From: Leptospiraceae bacterium | Lineage (GTDB): Bacteria > Spirochaetota > Leptospiria > Leptospirales > Leptonemataceae | Assembly: GCA_040217195.1 (NCBI GenBank) | Contig: JAVJNR010000002.1 | Coordinates: 32,001-96,000, forward strand | Direction: 5' to 3' | Length of the DNA: 64,000 nucleotides | Shown here: positions 59,882 through 64,000 of the stretch, piece after piece | How the letters are laid out: each line of letters begins with the position of its first letter | Numbering within the stretch: the first letter of the stretch is position 1 | Position numbers and translations under genes: made by a program | Notes under the pieces: model-generated | The model's input: only the letters and a program-made list of their open reading frames with translations | Database searches by the model: none | What the model was told of the DNA's origin: nothing

Positions 59882-60561
59882 ACTTGAAGGATTTCAAGCT
59901 AATCGTAACGTCCGGACCCACACGTGAGTGGATTGATCCGGTTCGATTCATATCCAATCCATCCACGGGTCAGACAGGATGGGAGCTGGCCAGGCATGGA
60001 ATTGCCCGCTTCAAAGAAGTGGTCTACATTTGCGGACCGGCGCACCGGGAATACCTGCAGGTACCGGGAGCCAGAAATATTTCTGTGATAACTACCGAGG
60101 AACTGGCACAGGCGGTTCAGACTGAAGTGGATAGCCGCTGTTTGCTAATAATGGCTGCGGCTCCCGCCGATTTCACTCCATCCAATCCAGGTGCCCAGAA
60201 GATCAAAAAATCTGCCTCAGAAGGAATGACTCTGGAATTAAAGCCCACAACAGACGTGCTCATAAGCGTATCTGAATTGGATCATCCGAATTTTTTTCGA
60301 GTGGGTTTTGCTGCAGAAACAACAGACCTGCAGGAACATGCACTGGAGAAAATGCAACGCAAGAAACTACACTTTGTTTGTGCCAACCGGGTCTACCGGG
60401 AAGAAGTGGGTTTTGGTTCTCACGACAACACCCTATTTGTGATCGATCGGGATGGCCGGGAAGAGACGGTGGGCCCCTGTTCCAAGGACCTGCTGGCCCA
60501 GAACCTGCTGGATTATTTGATTCTACGGATTCAGACTCTTTCCGATAGTACAGTTAGATAG
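59878..60561 (+). CDS. coaB: Phosphopantothenate-cysteine ligase
   Basis: [35 protein letters not shown] and CAN. Confidence 0.92.
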   Translation: MNLKDFKLIVTSGPTREWIDPVRFISNPSTGQTGWELARHGIARFKEVVYICGPAHREYLQVPGARNISVITTEELAQAVQTEVDSRCLLIMAAAPADFTPSNPGAQKIKKSASEGMTLELKPTTDVLISVSELDHPNFFRVGFAAETTDLQEHALEKMQRKKLHFVCANRVYREEVGFGSHDNTLFVIDRDGREETVGPCSKDLLAQNLLDYLILRIQTLSDSTVR

Positions 60562-60572
60562 CAGGAGGGAAA

Positions 60573-61325
60573 ATGTCCCTGACGATTTTGCTTCTGACGG
60601 GCATAAAGGAAGAACTTCAGGGTCTTCTGGACCGCCATCCGTTTGAATTCGAAAAAGAGCTCAGAATCTATAGATCCAGAAAATATCGAGAGTTTTATGT
60701 AAGAACTACCGGACCAGGGGTTACGAAGCGCAAGGAAATCCAGAAGGTCCTGGAAGACATTGCTCCGGATGTAGTGATCAGTGCTGGAATAGCCGGGATT
60801 CTGGATGAAAAGGATTCTATCGAAACTGGACAGGTGCTGCGAATCGGTGAGGTCATCCGTCAGTCCAACCGGGTGACTTATCCCGGTGGTCCTGGACGGG
60901 ATCGATTGATTACCGTGAATCGACCTGTGCACGATATATTAGATAAACTGGATCTGGCCAACGAATATAAAGCCAGAGCCTGCGATATGGAATCAGCCAT
61001 ACTTCTGGATATGGTAGGAGCGCTGCCGGCTCTGGCACAAAAAACGTATATTGTACTTCTGAAAATTGCAGGTGATCGACCGGAAGACTCCTCTCTGTAC
61101 GAATATGAAAATCATACCTGGGGCTGGGATAAGAAAAGTGTCTGGCAGAAAATGATGACTGCTATGAAGTTTCCTGCGGGCCCCAGAGCTTGCATTCGAT
61201 TAATCCGCCATAAGCGCAAAGCTCTGGCTTCTCTGGTCAAAGAAATGGAACTACTTGCCTTCAAAATTGCAAAGGAGCAATCCATTCCACCTGGATTGAA
61301 ATCGGTTTTTATTCCGCATCGCTGA
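60573..61325 (+). CDS. Nucleoside phosphorylase-fold protein
   Basis: TGPG, ISAGIAG, CDMES and IAGD. Confidence 0.7.
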   Translation: MSLTILLLTGIKEELQGLLDRHPFEFEKELRIYRSRKYREFYVRTTGPGVTKRKEIQKVLEDIAPDVVISAGIAGILDEKDSIETGQVLRIGEVIRQSNRVTYPGGPGRDRLITVNRPVHDILDKLDLANEYKARACDMESAILLDMVGALPALAQKTYIVLLKIAGDRPEDSSLYEYENHTWGWDKKSVWQKMMTAMKFPAGPRACIRLIRHKRKALASLVKEMELLAFKIAKEQSIPPGLKSVFIPHR

Positions 61326-61326
61326 T

Positions 61327-62895
61327 ATGATCTGGATCATCGTAATCTTGTTGGGTGGGGCGTTTGCTGGAGCAATGTACTACTTTCTGGTGTTTGACCG
61401 AAGTAGTGTTTTCGATCGCGCCCTGACTCTTGCGAGAGAAGGAGCCTATACAGATGCCCGCGGTTTGATTCGTTCCAGAATTGAAAGGGAACCGGATAAT
61501 CCGCGAGGTCATTTTGCCATGGCTCAGATCTATGCCATGGAAGGCGATGAGCACAACGAACTGGAGCATCTCCAGGAATTGCGCCGACTGGGTCGGCCCC
61601 TGGCCGAATATCCAAGACCCAGATTGCTAAATCGCATAGGAGAGATCTATTATCGCCAGGAAGATTTTGAATCCGCCTACGACGTTTATGGAGAATCCCT
61701 TACAGCAGCACCCAGAAATGAAGAAGCTCTGGCACATCTGGCATTTATGGCCATTGGACAGAGTGAATTTGAAATAGCGGAGAAGCATTTCAAGAAGCTC
61801 GTTGAGCTGGCTCCCCAATCGGCAGAGTATCGGATAGCAAGAGGCGTGGGGCTTTCCATGCTCAAGAAAAAAGAGGCATTGAAGGAACTGGAAGAAGGTC
61901 TGGACCTGGATCGATCCAATGACACTGCAAGATTCCTTTTGGCCATTGAAGCGTATCGCCAGGGAGAGCATAAAAAAGTCCTGGAGCAACTGGAAAAACT
62001 CAAGGATAACATTGATGATTCTGCAATTCGATATCTGATCTTTAAGATGGCAGCTGCCTCGTACTATATGGTGGGAAATAACGAACAATCCCTTTCCTCG
62101 GCCGAGAATTGTCTTCATCTGGCCCTGGAAGAAACCTGGGATAGAGAAGAATACGACGCAAGACTGGGAGTTGCCTATCTGAGTATGCTGATGGGGGATC
62201 TGGAAAAAGCCAATGAAAACCTGCTGGAGCTGGAGATTAGAAACCCTACCGATCAAACCGTAATGCGAGTATCGGACTTTCGCATGGACATGGAAGAAGG
62301 TGTGGCCAACATCCAGGAAACCAGTCCACGAGGGTTTGATTTTCAGAACCAGCTCAAAGAATGGGTGCGAAATAGAATTCATCCAGAGATTATTTTCCGG
62401 GTCAGCGGGCTACAGATGGATGAAGTTTTTGCAATTGGAGCGGGAAATGAAGGAGCGCGTCCGGCCAGACGTCAGAGTGCAGCCAGTGGCCCAGCCTTTG
62501 ACTCAGATGAGCTGATCGAGAAGTTCAACGAATTGCCTTCGGCTCAATTCGAGTCTACATGTAACAGTATTATTGCCAGCATGGGATTCAAAGTAGATAA
62601 GAATCTGCCCAATCGAAATCCGGATGGGCTCGATCTGGTGGCCTTCAATGTTGAAGATAAGAAGGACCGGGCTCTGTTCCAGTTCCGAAAATGGAGAAAT
62701 CAGCCAATATCAGATATCTTTCTAAGAAATATGCAGAATACCCTGAATGAACTTAAGGTTGGGCGTGGCTTTGTGGTTGCTGGAGCCAGACTTACCACAG
62801 GTGCAGAATCTGCGCTTCAGAACTTGAAGAAGATCCAGGTGATCAATGGCGACGATCTGGGAGCCGTTCTGGTAAATATTATGAAACCAGACTGA
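61327..62895 (+). CDS. Membrane-anchored TPR protein with a C-terminal Mrr-like restriction-endonuclease-fold domain
   Basis: N-terminal TM, TPR repeats, then FE..C..I...MGF...DGLDLVA...QFRKW...INGDDL. Confidence 0.8.
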   Translation: MIWIIVILLGGAFAGAMYYFLVFDRSSVFDRALTLAREGAYTDARGLIRSRIEREPDNPRGHFAMAQIYAMEGDEHNELEHLQELRRLGRPLAEYPRPRLLNRIGEIYYRQEDFESAYDVYGESLTAAPRNEEALAHLAFMAIGQSEFEIAEKHFKKLVELAPQSAEYRIARGVGLSMLKKKEALKELEEGLDLDRSNDTARFLLAIEAYRQGEHKKVLEQLEKLKDNIDDSAIRYLIFKMAAASYYMVGNNEQSLSSAENCLHLALEETWDREEYDARLGVAYLSMLMGDLEKANENLLELEIRNPTDQTVMRVSDFRMDMEEGVANIQETSPRGFDFQNQLKEWVRNRIHPEIIFRVSGLQMDEVFAIGAGNEGARPARRQSAASGPAFDSDELIEKFNELPSAQFESTCNSIIASMGFKVDKNLPNRNPDGLDLVAFNVEDKKDRALFQFRKWRNQPISDIFLRNMQNTLNELKVGRGFVVAGARLTTGAESALQNLKKIQVINGDDLGAVLVNIMKPD

Positions 62896-62935
62896 GAGAC
62901 GGCGCACCATTCTTTAATCCAAACGTCCAATTTAT

Positions 62936-63556
62936 ATGAGGTGGATCTTGAGAAGTGAGATTATTCGATCTGTTTGTTTGATTCCTGTACTTCTGTTGTC
63001 TTCAGGTAACTGCGACGGCAAGACCGAGCGCCAGGGGCCGGATCCAGTGGTGGATCGAAAGGAAGAGAATCAGAGTCTGGTTCTGGAACGAAGAGCAGCG
63101 TTTGACACTTCCCGGCAGAAACTGGATATGAAGAAACTGCCCCAGCTGGATGCTGTGGATCGGCGCCTGAAATCACTGTTCAGGATGATTGATGAGCAGG
63201 ATTTAAGCGGTCTTGAGAAAATGGTCTATCCCGGCGAGGGAGTACATGTGGACCTTAAAGCGCATCGTACTGTGGAAGAGCTCCAGAAAGAGCTGGCCGA
63301 TCCGGACGGGTACTTTCAGAAATTCTATCTGGATTCGGACCTGTTAAAGGAAACTACCGGGGATCCGTCTCAGATGTCTTTGCATGAGTTGCTAAACAAG
63401 AATTCTAGAGTATTTGCCGAGTACTACCTGGAGCCCGGTGCCTCTCAAATCGAAGTAAGATTCTATCTTGGCAGCACACCGGAAGAGAGTTTCCGTATAA
63501 ACAATGCTGTGCTTATTCAAAGGGACGGTTCCTGGTACTTTCTTCAACTACTCTGA
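62936..63556 (+). CDS. Hypothetical lipoprotein
   Basis: Signal peptide ending SGNC. Confidence 0.65.
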   Translation: MRWILRSEIIRSVCLIPVLLLSSGNCDGKTERQGPDPVVDRKEENQSLVLERRAAFDTSRQKLDMKKLPQLDAVDRRLKSLFRMIDEQDLSGLEKMVYPGEGVHVDLKAHRTVEELQKELADPDGYFQKFYLDSDLLKETTGDPSQMSLHELLNKNSRVFAEYYLEPGASQIEVRFYLGSTPEESFRINNAVLIQRDGSWYFLQLL

Positions 63557-63715
63557 CTCCCTCAGGTTCATAAGCCTTCTATTTTCTGGGCTTTGCGCTC
63601 AGCTAACTCATGGTCAGATTCTTAATGGCCGCCATGACCAGGTGGGTGCGGGGATTTCTGCTCGAAACTACTCCATCATGCAAAAAGACTTTCCTGTAAT
63701 CCCGGCTGCCTGAAC

Positions 63716-64000
63716 ATGAATCTGATGGAAGGATCCCGTAACCGGTATGTAGCAATTGCAATTGCAGCTATACTACTGGGCATTCTTACCTACCATTCCT
63801 TTCATTCCTTCATTGTCTGGGAGCAGCGCTACCAGACGGAATGCGTAAATCGAGACCTGTTGAACTGGGATGGCAACCTGAGATTTACATCCGTTCTGGA
63901 ATTCAACCGGGATATTCGAGATGGAAATCCGCTGCCTCCCATAATGGAGCTTTTGAAGTCCCCGACCTGGCCTCCACTGCGAAAGGCTATTTCTCTTCTA
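63716..64000 (+). CDS. Hypothetical membrane protein, partial (runs off the window end)
   Basis: Manual translation MNLMEGSRNRYVAIAIAAILLGILTY...PTWPPLRKAISLL is open to the end of the window. Confidence 0.65.
   Translation, partial: MNLMEGSRNRYVAIAIAAILLGILTYHSFHSFIVWEQRYQTECVNRDLLNWDGNLRFTSVLEFNRDIRDGNPLPPIMELLKSPTWPPLRKAISLL

Noticed and set aside
59342..60561. Frameshifted coaBC
   Set aside because: Both halves are complete and joined by a normal ATGA overlap; separate coaC and coaB genes are known.
61627..62382. 251-aa antisense ORF
   Set aside because: Shadow of the TPR gene with no protein-like features.

Overview
This is a core-chromosome segment of a spirochaete, most likely Leptospiraceae (LipL46-like lipoprotein, Leptospira-type flgN/flgK/flgL/fliW/csrA, split coaC/coaB). 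It spans the replication origin: mnmE-jag-yidC-yidD-rnpA-rpmH diverging from dnaA-[oriC]-dnaN-recF-dciA. It also holds a copper-efflux cluster (CusC/B/A-like RND pump, His-repeat P1B ATPase, Met/His-rich lipoprotein), two tRNA-Ser genes, lpxD, mutL and several signalling genes. The standout observation is two adjacent 7TM-DISM histidine kinases with reciprocal defects. The first has an intact ATP-binding domain but no phospho-acceptor His; the second has the His and an intact receiver but a degenerate ATP-binding domain. This suggests an obligate heteromeric 'split' kinase. Other items: rnpA and mnmE appear to start at ATT and ATC codons overlapping the upstream TAA; an SH3 / M48 pseudo-peptidase / CHASE2-cyclase operon; a ~165-nt structured ncRNA candidate beside a deletion-scarred lipoprotein pseudogene; an 8-bp x12.5 tandem repeat abutting an RBS; and two divergent genes whose start codons overlap in one CATG. 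All calls come from reading motifs by eye; no searches were run.
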